From Actinomycetota bacterium (GTDB taxonomy: Bacteria; Actinomycetota; CADDZG01; JAHWKV01; JAOPZY01): a stretch of DNA of 64,000 nt. The notes beneath the pieces were generated by a model, which was given only the letters and a program-made list of their open reading frames with translations, was not told where the DNA came from and searched no databases. Each line of letters starts with the position of its first letter. Position 1 is the first letter of the stretch. Made by a program: the position numbers and the translations under genes. The stretch lies in the NCBI GenBank assembly GCA_035765775.1, contig DASTWV010000059.1:353555-417554 (forward strand), read 5' to 3'. Positions 20,271-30,069 of the stretch are shown one piece after another.

Positions 20271-20836
20271 GGTTTTCGGGGCTCCGGTGGGCTTGACTGC
20301 TCTGCCGGCGGCTCCGCTGCGGGCTCGTCTTCCGGCTCGTCCTCCGGCTCGTCTTCGGACGCCCGCGCCCCGGACCGCCCGCAGCCGGCCTCCTCGCGCG
20401 CCCGCATCGCCGCGGCGGCCTCCTCGGTGTCGTGGTCGTAGCCCAGCAGGTGCAGCGTCCCGTGGGTGACGAGCAGGTCCAGCTCCGACACCACGCCCCC
20501 GTCGCCCTCGGGGGCCTGGCCGGCGGCAATCGCCGGGCACAGCACGATCTCGCCGATGATCACCGGCGGACCCTTCTTGGGCGCCGTGGTGACCAGGCCG
20601 TCGATGGGGAAGGCCAGGACGTCGGTGGGGCCGTCGCCGCCCATGTACTGCTCGTTCAGGTCAGCGATGCGATCCTCGTCCACCAGGATGATGGAGATCT
20701 CGCCGTTCGCCCCCTCGGCGAGGGCCACCCGGGTGGCGACGTCGGCGAGGCGGTCGAGGTCGACCCACAGGTCGGGCTGCTGGTCATCGATGCTGACCGA
20801 GACCGAAGGGGTGAGCGCTACGTGGCCGCCGCTCAT
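20267..20836 (-). CDS. ybeY: Endoribonuclease YbeY (rRNA maturation factor)
   Basis: [20 protein letters not shown]...TDVLAFPID...[13 protein letters not shown] (H3xH5xH zinc motif). The ATG overlaps the phoH stop (ATGA). Acidic C-terminal tail. Confidence 0.9.
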   Translation of the reverse strand: MSGGHVALTPSVSVSIDDQQPDLWVDLDRLADVATRVALAEGANGEISIILVDEDRIADLNEQYMGGDGPTDVLAFPIDGLVTTAPKKGPPVIIGEIVLCPAIAAGQAPEGDGGVVSELDLLVTHGTLHLLGYDHDTEEAAAAMRAREEAGCGRSGARASEDEPEDEPEDEPAAEPPAEQSSPPEPRKP

Positions 20837-21840
20837 CGGGCCGCCGCCCGGACGTCGGGGGCTGGCCCCCCGGCACGGTCCGGCCGCTCGGCCTCGTTGT
20901 AGCGGCGGTAGGCCTCGACGATCTGCTGGACGATCTTGTGCCGGACGACGTCGTGGGCATCGAGGTAGGCGAAGGCCACCCCGTCGATCCCCCCCAGGAT
21001 CTCCTGGACGCTCACCAGGCCCGACTGGCCCTCGGGCCGGTCGATCTGGGTGACGTCGCCGGTCACCACGGCCCGGGAGCCGAATCCCAGGCGGGTCAGG
21101 AACATCTTCATCTGCTCGGGCGAGGTGTTCTGGGCCTCGTCCAAGATGATGAACGAGTCGTTCAGCGTCCGGCCCCGCATGAAGGCGAGCGGGGCGACCT
21201 CGATCTCCCCCCGCTCGATCGCCCGGGCGTAGGCCTCGGGCTCGAGCATCTCGTAGAGGGCGTCGTAGAGCGGCTTGAGGTAGGGATCGACCTTGGCGGC
21301 GATGTCGCCCGGCAGGAAGCCCAGCTTCTCCCCGGCCTCGACCGCCGGCCGGGTCAGGATGATGCGCCGGACCTGCTTCTGGGCGAGGGCCTGGATGGCC
21401 GAGGCGACCGCCAGGTAGGTCTTGCCGGTGCCGGCCGGGCCGATGGCGAAGACGATGGTGTTGGTGCGCATGGCATCCACGTACTGCTTCTGGCCCACGG
21501 TCTTCGGGCGCACCGACTTGGTGCGGGACACCAGGAGGGCGTCGGAGAACACCTCCGAGGGCTTCACGGTGCCGGTCTTCACCATGTCGATCGAGCGAAC
21601 GACGGCGTCGGCGGTGAGCGGGTAGCCCCGGCCGATCAGCTCCATGAGCTCCTCGAAGAGGTAGGACACGAGCCCCACCTCGTGCGGCTCCCCGCTCAGG
21701 GTGATCTCGTTGCCGCGCACCAACACCGAGGCGTCGAAGCTCTGCTCCACGAGCTTGAGCAGCTCGTCCCGCGTCCCGAAGAGATTCACCAAGGGGAGAT
21801 CCCCGGGGACGAGAATCTTCACCTGCGTTGTGGCCTGCAA
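20833..21840 (-). CDS. phoH: PhoH-like ATPase
   Basis: [14 protein letters not shown] (Walker A); [19 protein letters not shown]; IILDEAQNT; [13 protein letters not shown] start. Confidence 0.9.
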   Translation of the reverse strand: MQATTQVKILVPGDLPLVNLFGTRDELLKLVEQSFDASVLVRGNEITLSGEPHEVGLVSYLFEELMELIGRGYPLTADAVVRSIDMVKTGTVKPSEVFSDALLVSRTKSVRPKTVGQKQYVDAMRTNTIVFAIGPAGTGKTYLAVASAIQALAQKQVRRIILTRPAVEAGEKLGFLPGDIAAKVDPYLKPLYDALYEMLEPEAYARAIERGEIEVAPLAFMRGRTLNDSFIILDEAQNTSPEQMKMFLTRLGFGSRAVVTGDVTQIDRPEGQSGLVSVQEILGGIDGVAFAYLDAHDVVRHKIVQQIVEAYRRYNEAERPDRAGGPAPDVRAAAR

Positions 21841-21980
21841 GTCTGCCTACAGATGTCTTTTCTTTTTGATTTCCCAAGTTTGGGCTGCCCCGCGAGGATA
21901 CCAGCGTGCCGGGCGCGCGCCCCGGTACAGCCGGTCCACAGGCGAACCCGGGAAGTTCGGGCGGTATCCTCGGGGGCGTT

Positions 21981-23192
21981 GTGCGAGCGCGATCCGCCCG
22001 TGCCCACCTGGGGGCGGCCCTGACCGTGGTGGTGGCCCTGGTGGCGGCGGCCTGCGGAAGCGGCGCGCCCGCCAGCGTCTCGCCGACCTCCCCCACCCCC
22101 ACTGAGGCATCGACCCGGGCCGTCCGGGGCGCGACCCCCACGCCGTCGCCCTCGCCACTCCCACCGGTCAACCCCGTGGCCCCGGCCCTCCAAGTCCAGG
22201 ATCCCGCCGGCCTCTCGGCGGCCCAGGCCCAGGCGGTGCGGGGCATCTCCGGGGTGGTGGGCGTCGCCCGGGTGGTGCTGGCCTACGTCACCGCCCACAC
22301 CGCCGGGGGCCTCCGCCAGGTGTCGATCGCGGCGGTGGACCCGCTGGAGTTCCGCCCGCTCGCCCCGGCGGTCACGGCCCAGGCCGACTTCGTCTGGCAG
22401 GGGCTGCTGGCCGGCGACATCTACCTGGCGCACGAGGAGCAGCCGGTGCTCAACGTCGCCCTGGGCGCCGACCTCGCCACCACCGGGCCGGAGGCCACGG
22501 TGCCCCTGCGGGTGGGTGGGCTGGCGGCCAACGGGACCCCGAACATCGCCAGCGGGCTGATCTCGATGCAGGAGGCCGCCGACCTCGGGCTCCCGGGGCC
22601 GACCGAGATGCTCGTGTCGGTGGCCCAAGGGGTGGACATCGACCCGGTCACCAAGGCCATCGCCAAGGCGATCCCGCAGGCTGTGACGACGCCCCTGGTG
22701 GCGCTGGTGGACCACGCCCTCGTCTCGGGGAGCGCCGCCGAGAAGCTGTTGGGCTCCTTCAACTACAAGGCCAATCCCAACGGCTCCATCACCGAGGACT
22801 CCCGCTGGGTCAACGCCAACATCGTCACCCGGACGGTGCCGGTCCTGGGGTCGGTCACCTGCAACAAGCTCATGTTCCCGCAGCTGATCGGGGTGATGAC
22901 CGACCTCCAGCAAGAGGGCCTGGCGAACCTGATCAACGTCGCCGAGTACCACCAGCACGAGGGCAACTGCTGGCAGCCCCGCTTCGTCGACAGCGACCCG
23001 TCCCGGGGGATCTCGTACCACGCCTGGGGCATCGCCATCGACATCAACCGCACCGAGAACCCGGAGGGCGGCTCGAACCACCAGGACCCCCGCCTCATCG
23101 AGGCGTTCGAGCGGTGGGGCTACCGCTGGGGCGGGGTGTTCTACCCCCCCGACCCGATGCACTTCGAGCTGGCGGGCATCATGCAGCAGTGA
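21981..23192 (+). CDS. Lipoprotein with a C-terminal peptidase M15 (VanY / D-Ala-D-Ala carboxypeptidase-like) domain
   Basis: Signal/lipobox RARSARAHLGAALTVVVALVAAACGSG. C-terminus: SYHAWGIAIDIN...WGYRWGG...DPMHFEL (the H-x6-D...H zinc motif of the M15 family). The start is uncertain; the ORF track allows 21906, and I chose GTG ~21981 immediately before the signal peptide. Confidence 0.7.
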   Translation: MRARSARAHLGAALTVVVALVAAACGSGAPASVSPTSPTPTEASTRAVRGATPTPSPSPLPPVNPVAPALQVQDPAGLSAAQAQAVRGISGVVGVARVVLAYVTAHTAGGLRQVSIAAVDPLEFRPLAPAVTAQADFVWQGLLAGDIYLAHEEQPVLNVALGADLATTGPEATVPLRVGGLAANGTPNIASGLISMQEAADLGLPGPTEMLVSVAQGVDIDPVTKAIAKAIPQAVTTPLVALVDHALVSGSAAEKLLGSFNYKANPNGSITEDSRWVNANIVTRTVPVLGSVTCNKLMFPQLIGVMTDLQQEGLANLINVAEYHQHEGNCWQPRFVDSDPSRGISYHAWGIAIDINRTENPEGGSNHQDPRLIEAFERWGYRWGGVFYPPDPMHFELAGIMQQ

Positions 23193-24666
23193 GGGTCTCG
23201 GGAGGGCGGGCCAGCGCCGGGCGCAGGGGCGGCAGCCCGGCGCGGCGCACCTGCGCCACCGCCAGGCCGATCAGGGCCACCAGGGCCACGAGCTGGAACA
23301 CCGGGAAGGCGGTGGACAGCGGCACGCGCAGCACGGTCTTCAGCACCCCGGTCGAATTGGTCCAGGCGTCGGAGAGCAGCAACAGGACGGAGTAGGCGAG
23401 CCCCAGGGCCGCCAGGCGGGACCGCCACTGGAGGGCGAGCAGGGGGAGTAGCGCCGCCAGGTACCAGGGCTGGATGTACGAGGTGGCCAGCACGAAGCCC
23501 AGGGCGGTGGCCGCCATCCCGGAGGAGGGGCGGGAGTCGGCGCTGCCTGCCAGGCCGGCGACGGCCGCCACGACCGCCACCAGGGCGCTCCCGGCGTAGC
23601 GGGCATTGCCGGTCAGCCACAGCTTGGGGGCGGGCGGAATCAAAAGGCCGCCCAGCTGGCCCTGCGCCACCGGCGAGGGCGGGACCTTGTGGCCGAACCA
23701 GCCCCACAGCGACCAGTGGTCAACGAGCCGGGAGGCGTCCTGCACCGGGCCGAGGGCCGGAAGGCCGCCGACGAGCAGGTAGCCGACCACCACGATCCCG
23801 GCCACGATGCCCGCCACCCCGAGCGCCCGCCGGACGCCTTCCCGGCGCCACAACCACGCCACGAGGGCCGCCGCCGGCAGCACGGCCACCAGCTTCACCA
23901 GCGCGCCCAGACCGAGCAGCACCCCGGCCAGGACGGCGCCCGCGGACCGGGTGGGCCGCCCGCGGGAGAGGGCCAGGACGGCCGCCAGGGCGGCGATCCC
24001 CACCAGGGCGTCGTTGTGGGCGCCGTTCACCACGTTCACGGTCATGACCGGCGACAGCCCGAGGAACGCCAGCGCGCCGGCCTCGGCTCCCCGGCGGTAC
24101 AGGAGCACGACGGCGCCCAGGACCGCGGCGCCGGTGAGGAGCTGGAAGAACAGCCGGGCGGCGAGCGCCGATCCCCCGGCCCCGAGCATGCCTGCCGCCG
24201 ACAGCCCGGTGAAGACCGGGCCGTAGACCGTCTTGGTGTCCTGCCACCACACCGACACCCGCCAGAACCAGGGGTCGCCCGAGTACGCCATGGGCGAGGC
24301 GGCGTACGGGCTGGCGTGGTAGTGGGTCACCATGTGGCCGTACATCGCATACGACCAGACGTCCTGGGAGTCCCGGGGCGGGGCCAGCACGGCGGCGAGC
24401 ACCAGCCCGGCGCTCACCCACAGCACCACCCGGCGATCGAGCACCGGGGCCAGCACCTCCATGACGACCAGGAGGACGAACGCGGCCGACGCCACCAGCA
24501 GGAGGGGCAGGCCCCGGCTCTGGCGGGTCAGCAGTGCGCCCAGGGTGCCGGCCACCAGGACGCCGACGGTGACGTGCGCCCGGGTCCGGTTCCAGCGGGC
24601 GACGAAGGGCCGGGCGCGGGCCCGCTGGGCGATGCCCGCCAGGGACCCAGCCCGGAACAGGCTCAT
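23179..24666 (-). CDS. Polytopic GT-C-type membrane glycosyltransferase (DUF2029/GT87, PimE-like alpha-mannosyltransferase family)
   Basis: More than 10 predicted TM helices. Motifs resembling the DUF2029 family (SQDVWSYAMYGHMV; VMTVNVVNGAHNDALVG). 4-nt overlap with the upstream deacetylase gene. Confidence 0.55.
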   Translation of the reverse strand: MSLFRAGSLAGIAQRARARPFVARWNRTRAHVTVGVLVAGTLGALLTRQSRGLPLLLVASAAFVLLVVMEVLAPVLDRRVVLWVSAGLVLAAVLAPPRDSQDVWSYAMYGHMVTHYHASPYAASPMAYSGDPWFWRVSVWWQDTKTVYGPVFTGLSAAGMLGAGGSALAARLFFQLLTGAAVLGAVVLLYRRGAEAGALAFLGLSPVMTVNVVNGAHNDALVGIAALAAVLALSRGRPTRSAGAVLAGVLLGLGALVKLVAVLPAAALVAWLWRREGVRRALGVAGIVAGIVVVGYLLVGGLPALGPVQDASRLVDHWSLWGWFGHKVPPSPVAQGQLGGLLIPPAPKLWLTGNARYAGSALVAVVAAVAGLAGSADSRPSSGMAATALGFVLATSYIQPWYLAALLPLLALQWRSRLAALGLAYSVLLLLSDAWTNSTGVLKTVLRVPLSTAFPVFQLVALVALIGLAVAQVRRAGLPPLRPALARPPETLTAA

Positions 24667-25442
24667 CGCCGCCCTGTTGCCTCCCCCAGGGCGGCGCCCA
24701 CCGGGCCCGGCTCCAGCCCCTTGGAGCGCAGCTCGGCCACGATCGGCTCCAGGGCGCCCAGCGTGCGGCGCCAGGCGCCTGCCGACGAGTAGGCCTCGGC
24801 GTCGTGGAGCAGCAGCACGTCGCGGTCCCGGACCCCCTCCAGGAGGCGGCTGTGGATGAGGGCGGGCGTGGCGGTGGGCTCCCAGTCCTTGCCCCAGCGC
24901 GCCCAGAGGACCCGGTTCCAGCCCAGCCGGCCCGACGTCACCCAGGAGGCGGCACTGAAGACCCCGTAGGGCGGGCGGAAGTGGCGGACGAGGGCGCCGG
25001 TCTCCCCCTCGATGATGTCCCGGGCGTCCAGCAGATCCTTCACCGTGCCTGGCGGGGTGAGCCGGAGGTGGTTGAGGTGGCGGTAGCCGTGGCAGGCGAT
25101 CTCATGGCCCGCCTCGACGATCGCCCGGGCGGACTGCGGGCTGCGCCGGACCTGCTCGCCGACCAGGAAGAAGGTGGCGGTGACCTCGAGCTCGGCAAGG
25201 GCCGCCAGGAACGCCTCCACCGCCTGGGGCTCGGGGCCGTCGTCGAAGGTCAGGCCCACTTTCCCAGGCTGGTCCAGGTGGCGCACCGTGCGGAACACGG
25301 GCCGCCCGAGGGCGGTGACCGCCAGCGCCGGGGCAGCGTGCACCGTCGCCAGAGCGGCAGTGGTGAACAGGAGGCGGCGGACCGGGCGGCCCCGGGAATG
25401 ACCGTTGCGCCCGCTCGCGTGGTGGCCGTTGCCCCCCGTCAT
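24663..25442 (-). CDS. Polysaccharide deacetylase (CE4/NodB homology domain), secreted
   Basis: Signal peptide, then VGLTFDDGP...ATFFLVGEQV...HEIACHGYRH...LLLHD (the canonical NodB motifs). Confidence 0.85.
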   Translation of the reverse strand: MTGGNGHHASGRNGHSRGRPVRRLLFTTAALATVHAAPALAVTALGRPVFRTVRHLDQPGKVGLTFDDGPEPQAVEAFLAALAELEVTATFFLVGEQVRRSPQSARAIVEAGHEIACHGYRHLNHLRLTPPGTVKDLLDARDIIEGETGALVRHFRPPYGVFSAASWVTSGRLGWNRVLWARWGKDWEPTATPALIHSRLLEGVRDRDVLLLHDAEAYSSAGAWRRTLGALEPIVAELRSKGLEPGPVGAALGEATGRR

Positions 25443-27370
25443 GCCGGGAGGGCGGCGCCGGAGGCGCTGAGGTCCACCACGTGCAGGCCGTGGGACGCCG
25501 CCTCGGCGAGGAAGGCACCCAGCATCGCGCGGCCGCCCGCGGGCGTGGTGCGGGTCAGGTCCAGGACGACGACGTCGCCCGAGCGCAGGCGGTGGCTGGC
25601 CCAGCTGGCCCCACCGGAGTTGTGGATCCAGAGGCTGCCCACGACGCCCCGCAGGTGCGCCGCCCGGGCGGCCAGGTAGGCGGCCGGGGTCAGTGAGCCG
25701 TGTGCGGGCAGGTAGTAGATCGGGGCGTGCCCGGTGGCGCCGCGCACGTCCTCCGAGCCCTCGTCCACCTGGCGGCGCACCGCCGAAGGGGTGGACAGCC
25801 GGGACACCCCGCCCACCCCGCCGTTTTGGATCTCCCCGGCGGTGGCGTAGTCCGCCAGGAAGGCGCTCGCCCCGGCGGCGTCGCCCGCGGGGAGGAAGAA
25901 GGTCGCCTGCGCCCCGTGGTCGGCGAGGAGGGCGGGCAGGCCGTTGACCGATGCCGTGTCGGCCATCCGGATGCAGAGCACGACCGAGCCGGCCGGGACC
26001 GTGCCCGCCCGCTCCACGACGGGCAACCCGAGGTGGCCGCCGGCGAAGGACACCGAGGTCCCGCTGGTGAGCAGGACGAAGAGGGCCACCAGGGCGACCC
26101 CGGTGGCCGAGAGCCAGCGCAGCCGGTGCCGGCCGCCGGCCTTGCCCGCCCGTGACCCGGTCGGGGTGGTTGCATTCCGCCGGGCAGGGCCGGCCTGCTG
26201 GGGACGGCCGGAGGAGGCTGCCGGATCGGTTTCGGGGTGGAGGTGGTCGGGCAGCCCGACGGCCGCCCGGCTCCGGGCACCCGAGTGGAGGTCGACCAGC
26301 GCCGAGCCCGCCGAGGGCAGCTCGGCGAACCCCACGGCCAGGCGCTCGGCTCGGGCCCGCAGGCCGGGGTCGTCCCGGCAGGCGGCCACCGCGGCCGGCA
26401 GGTCGGCGACGTCGCGCACGTACCGGGCCACCCCCACCCGGTCCATCAGCTCGCCGTTGGCGACACCGTGGCCCGGGATGGCGTCGGTGATCAGCAGGGG
26501 GCAGCCCCGGCGCAGGGCCTCGAGCGAGGTGAGCCCGCCGGCGTTCTGCACCGCCAGGTCACAGGCGTCGATCAGGTCGGGCATGTTGGTGACGTACCCG
26601 CAGACGATGGTGCGGGGCGGCGGATCGGCGTCCAGCTTGGCCTTGAGGGACTCGTTCTTGCCGCAGACCACCAGGGTCCACACCCCGTCCACCGTGGCGA
26701 CGGCCCGGGCGGAGCGCTCGATGTTGCCCACGCCCCAGCCGCCGCCGATGACCATGGCCACGAAGGCGTCGTCGGGCACGCCGAGCTCGGCCCGGGCACT
26801 CGCCCGGCGCGACGGCCCCAGGAACCGGCGGGCCACCAGCGGGGCGACCACGGTGGTGGGCGAGGGCTCCATCATCGAGGCGACGGTCTCGACGGTGGAG
26901 ATGTGCATCACGTAGTTGTCGTCGAGGTCCGGGTACATCCACATCGGGTGCGGGGCGAAGTCGGTCACCAGGTTGGCGCACGGCATCGTGATCTTGCCCC
27001 GGCGCTTGAGCGACGCCAGCATCGCCGAGGTCAGTGGGTAGGTGGACAGGACGATGTCGGGCTGGGACGCCTCGATCAGGCGGTGGATCTTGCGGCAGCC
27101 GATGACCGCGCAGAGCCCCTTGTAGAAGTAGGTGACCTTCTTGGACTTGACGATCGACCAGTACAGCCACGAGTAGGACCACTGGGCCTTGTCCAGCTGG
27201 ATCTTGTAGCCGTCGATGACGAACTTCTCCCAGAAGGCGCCCACGACGGCGAGGCCGTTCTCCACCTGGACCTCGGCTGCGGGGTCCAGCTCCCGGATTT
27301 CATCGCTCACCGCCCGGGCGGCCGCGTTGTGGCCCTCCCCGACGCTGGCAGTCAAGATGAGTAGCTTCAT
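25439..27370 (-). CDS. Fusion protein: UgtP/MGDG-synthase-like GT28 diacylglycerol glycosyltransferase + TM segment + CE4-like deacetylase domain
   Basis: N-terminus MKLLILTASVGEGHNAAARAV...IVLSTYPL...NLVTDF...VIGGGWGVG...CGKN...NAGGLTSLEA matches B. subtilis UgtP/MGDG_synth. Mid-protein TM: WLSATGVALVALFVLLTSG. C-terminus ATFFLPAGDAAG... is NodB-like. Confidence 0.75.
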   Translation of the reverse strand: MKLLILTASVGEGHNAAARAVSDEIRELDPAAEVQVENGLAVVGAFWEKFVIDGYKIQLDKAQWSYSWLYWSIVKSKKVTYFYKGLCAVIGCRKIHRLIEASQPDIVLSTYPLTSAMLASLKRRGKITMPCANLVTDFAPHPMWMYPDLDDNYVMHISTVETVASMMEPSPTTVVAPLVARRFLGPSRRASARAELGVPDDAFVAMVIGGGWGVGNIERSARAVATVDGVWTLVVCGKNESLKAKLDADPPPRTIVCGYVTNMPDLIDACDLAVQNAGGLTSLEALRRGCPLLITDAIPGHGVANGELMDRVGVARYVRDVADLPAAVAACRDDPGLRARAERLAVGFAELPSAGSALVDLHSGARSRAAVGLPDHLHPETDPAASSGRPQQAGPARRNATTPTGSRAGKAGGRHRLRWLSATGVALVALFVLLTSGTSVSFAGGHLGLPVVERAGTVPAGSVVLCIRMADTASVNGLPALLADHGAQATFFLPAGDAAGASAFLADYATAGEIQNGGVGGVSRLSTPSAVRRQVDEGSEDVRGATGHAPIYYLPAHGSLTPAAYLAARAAHLRGVVGSLWIHNSGGASWASHRLRSGDVVVLDLTRTTPAGGRAMLGAFLAEAASHGLHVVDLSASGAALPA

Positions 27371-27617
27371 TGGAACAACCTCTCCTGCCCGCGTCCAAGC
27401 AGACCCTGCGGCGGGCTGGCCCCATCTTCCCGGATAGAGCGGGGCCGGGCAACCGTTTGCTCAGGAATGGCTGGCCGGCTCGGTGCCCATCCTCCCGGGG
27501 ATGTCAGGCTCCCGAGCACAGCCCGTTCAATCACGGTGATGGCGAGCGCCGAGGCACATCGCAGATCCGAGCCAGGCTCGATGGCCTGGATCCGATGCCC
27601 GATCCCGGGCGCGAACC

Positions 27618-28088
27618 TCAGACCACCGTCAGGCCGAGGTCCCCCAGCGTGGTCAGCAGGGCGTCGGGAGAGGCGCCCAGGGCGCTGGCGAGGGCCCACA
27701 GGTCGTCGGAACGGATGGTGAGCACCCGGCCGTTGAAGTCGCCCCGCTGCGCCTGCACGACGCCGACGTAGCGCTGCAGGACCACGCACTCCGGGGCCTC
27801 GGTCTCCCGCAGCCGGACGAGGTCGATGCAGACCCTGCCCGCCGCCGGGCTGGCCGGGGAGGCGTCCCCGCCGGCGTCCCGGGGCAGGAGGTGGTCCACC
27901 GGGACGCCGTAGAAGCGGGCCAGGCGCTGGAGCCTCGGCACCGAGATGCTCCGCTCGCCCCGCTCATAGGCACCCAGCACTGAGGACTTGAACTCTTCCC
28001 GGGAACTGTGCTCGACCTCATGCAGGGAGAGACCCTTCTGCAAACGGACGTTGCGAAGGCGCTCACCAACGGACTGGGCGTAGGTCAT
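27618..28088 (-). CDS. XRE-family helix-turn-helix transcriptional regulator
   Basis: GERLRNVRLQKGLSLHEVEHSS...VLGAYERGERSISVPRLQRLARFYGV (HTH_XRE domain), followed by an uncharacterised C-terminal domain. Confidence 0.75.
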   Translation of the reverse strand: MTYAQSVGERLRNVRLQKGLSLHEVEHSSREEFKSSVLGAYERGERSISVPRLQRLARFYGVPVDHLLPRDAGGDASPASPAAGRVCIDLVRLRETEAPECVVLQRYVGVVQAQRGDFNGRVLTIRSDDLWALASALGASPDALLTTLGDLGLTVV

Positions 28089-28172
28089 CGCTCCCCCCGA
28101 AGACGACGATCAATCGCTTGCGACGCTACCACATCGCCGTAGTTCACCCCGTCGACCAAAACCTTCCACTTT

Positions 28173-28934
28173 TTATGGCAAATATCGTTCGAATCTAGCG
28201 AAGTGGTACAGCAGGATGCTAGCCAGGACTATCGGCGCCGTTTCCGCCCGCAGAATCTGGGCACCCAAGGTGGCGGGCACGGCGTCCGCCTCCCGGAGGA
28301 GCCCGACCTCGGCCTCGGTGAGCCCCCCCTCTGGCCCGGCCACCACCCAGACGCCTGCCGGGTCCACCGGCCACCCAGCCAGCACCGCGCTCAGCGCGCT
28401 CGGGGCGCCGGGATCGGCCACCAAGCCGGCCCCCTGGGAGGCGGCCCGCTCCGCCGCCGTGCCCAGGGGCAGGGGGCCCTCGAGCTCCGGCAACCACGCC
28501 CGGTGGGACTGCTGGGCGGCGGCCTGGGCGATGCCCTCCCACCGCCGCCGGGCGGCTCCGGCCTGGCCGGCGTCCCACCGGACGACACTGCGGGTCGCCG
28601 GGAAGAGGGTGACTGCGTCCACCCCCAGCTCGACCAGCTGGCGGATGGCACTGTCCACCTTGGGGGTCTTCGCCAGGCCGAGAAGGACCTCGATCCGGGG
28701 CCGGGGACGCTCGACGGTGCGCCGGTCGACCAGCGCCAGAGTCACGGACCCCCGCCCGGTAGACGCAATGCGGGCCTCGGCGACGGACCCGTGGCCGTCG
28801 GACAGGGTGACCTCGTCGCCCGGGGCCGCCCGGCGGACCGTCAGGAGGTGGCGGGCCTCCGGGCCTTCGAGCTTGACGGTGTCGTCAGCGAGCCGCCCGG
28901 GCTCGACGAAGAAGTAGGGCGGGTGCCCGCTCAC
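28173..28934 (-). CDS. rsmE: 16S rRNA (uracil1498-N3)-methyltransferase
   Basis: PYFFVEPGRL...RHLLTVRRAAPGDEV...VLLGLAKTPKVD...GPEGGLTEAE...LGAQILRAETAPIV. Conserved position downstream of dnaJ. Confidence 0.85.
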   Translation of the reverse strand: MSGHPPYFFVEPGRLADDTVKLEGPEARHLLTVRRAAPGDEVTLSDGHGSVAEARIASTGRGSVTLALVDRRTVERPRPRIEVLLGLAKTPKVDSAIRQLVELGVDAVTLFPATRSVVRWDAGQAGAARRRWEGIAQAAAQQSHRAWLPELEGPLPLGTAAERAASQGAGLVADPGAPSALSAVLAGWPVDPAGVWVVAGPEGGLTEAEVGLLREADAVPATLGAQILRAETAPIVLASILLYHFARFERYLP

Positions 28935-28974
28935 GAGCGTCCGGCGGGCCCTATGGGTCCGGTGGGTCGTGCGG

Positions 28975-30069
28975 TCAGGAGCCGTGCAGGGCGCTGCGCA
29001 GCTTGCCGAGGAGCCCGTGGTCCTCGTTGACCTCCTCGCCCCGCAGGGCGGCGAAGCGCCGCAGCGTCTTGGATTCCTCGTCGCCCAGATGAGTGGGGAT
29101 GCGCACGCCGATCTCGACGAGCAGGTCCCCCCGCCCCGACCGGCCCAGGTGCGGGACGCCCTTGCCCTTCAGCCGGGTGATAGTCCCGGGCTGGGTGCCG
29201 GGGGCCACCGCCAGGGTCACCGGGCCGTCGAAGGTCTCCACCTCAGCGCTGCCCCCGAGCGCGGCCTGGGTCATCTCCACGTCCAGCCGGGTGACCAGGT
29301 CGTAGCCCGAGCGCCGGAAGCGCTCGTCGGGCGCCACCCGGATGGCGACGTACAGGTCGCCCACGCCACCCCCGCGCCGCCCGGCCTCGCCCCGGCCCGA
29401 GATCCGGATCTGGACCCCGTCGTCGGCCCCCGCCGGGACCGTGACCGCCACCTCGTCCACCCGCTCCATCCGGCCGTCGCCGTTGCACTGCGGGCAGGGG
29501 GAGGCGATCTCCTCGCCCGAGCCGTGGCATTGCGGGCACGTATAGGAGGTCATGACGTTGCCGAAGATGCTCCGCCCCACCTGGCGCACCGCCCCAGTCC
29601 CGGAGCAGCGCGAGCAGCGCACCGGCGAGGTGCCCGGCTTGCAGCCCGAGCCCGAGCAGGTGGCGCACGGCGTGAGGTTGCGCAGGGTGACCGACTTCGT
29701 GGCCCCCTTGACGACATCCTCCAGGGTCACCTCGAGCTCGAGGGCAAGGTCGTTACCCCGCCGGCTCTCGCCCCGGCGGGCGTAGGAGCCGAAGGGGTCC
29801 CCGCCGAAGAAGGAGGCGAACAAATCGAAGGGGTCGAAGCCCTGGGCGGGCATCTTGGCGTGGCCGAACATGTCGTAGTCCCGGCGGCGTCCCGCGTCGC
29901 CCAGCACGCCGTAGGCCTCGGCGATCTCCTTGAACTTCTCCTCGGCCTCCGGGTCCTCCTGGTTGGCATCCGGGTGGTACTGGCGGGCGAGGCGCCGGTA
30001 GGCCTTCTTGATGTCCTCCTCGGCCGCCTGGCGGTCCACACCGAGGACCTCGTAGTAGTCGCGGGGCAT
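28975..30069 (-). CDS. dnaJ: Chaperone DnaJ
   Basis: DYYEVLGV...[12 protein letters not shown] (J domain); G/F region; four CxxCxGxG zinc-finger repeats ([32 protein letters not shown]). Confidence 0.95.
   Translation of the reverse strand: MPRDYYEVLGVDRQAAEEDIKKAYRRLARQYHPDANQEDPEAEEKFKEIAEAYGVLGDAGRRRDYDMFGHAKMPAQGFDPFDLFASFFGGDPFGSYARRGESRRGNDLALELEVTLEDVVKGATKSVTLRNLTPCATCSGSGCKPGTSPVRCSRCSGTGAVRQVGRSIFGNVMTSYTCPQCHGSGEEIASPCPQCNGDGRMERVDEVAVTVPAGADDGVQIRISGRGEAGRRGGGVGDLYVAIRVAPDERFRRSGYDLVTRLDVEMTQAALGGSAEVETFDGPVTLAVAPGTQPGTITRLKGKGVPHLGRSGRGDLLVEIGVRIPTHLGDEESKTLRRFAALRGEEVNEDHGLLGKLRSALHGS

Noticed and set aside
18945-22246. Long minus-strand ORFs (531 aa, 821 aa, 659 aa) spanning era/corC/ybeY/phoH
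   Set aside because: Each is the real gene plus an unstopped upstream extension. Homology-defined starts (GTG/ATG with 4-nt overlaps) give the normal-sized proteins.
21819-23162. 447-aa minus-strand ORF opposite the M15 lipoprotein gene
   Set aside because: Antisense shadow ORF; Gly/Arg/Asp-rich, no homology.
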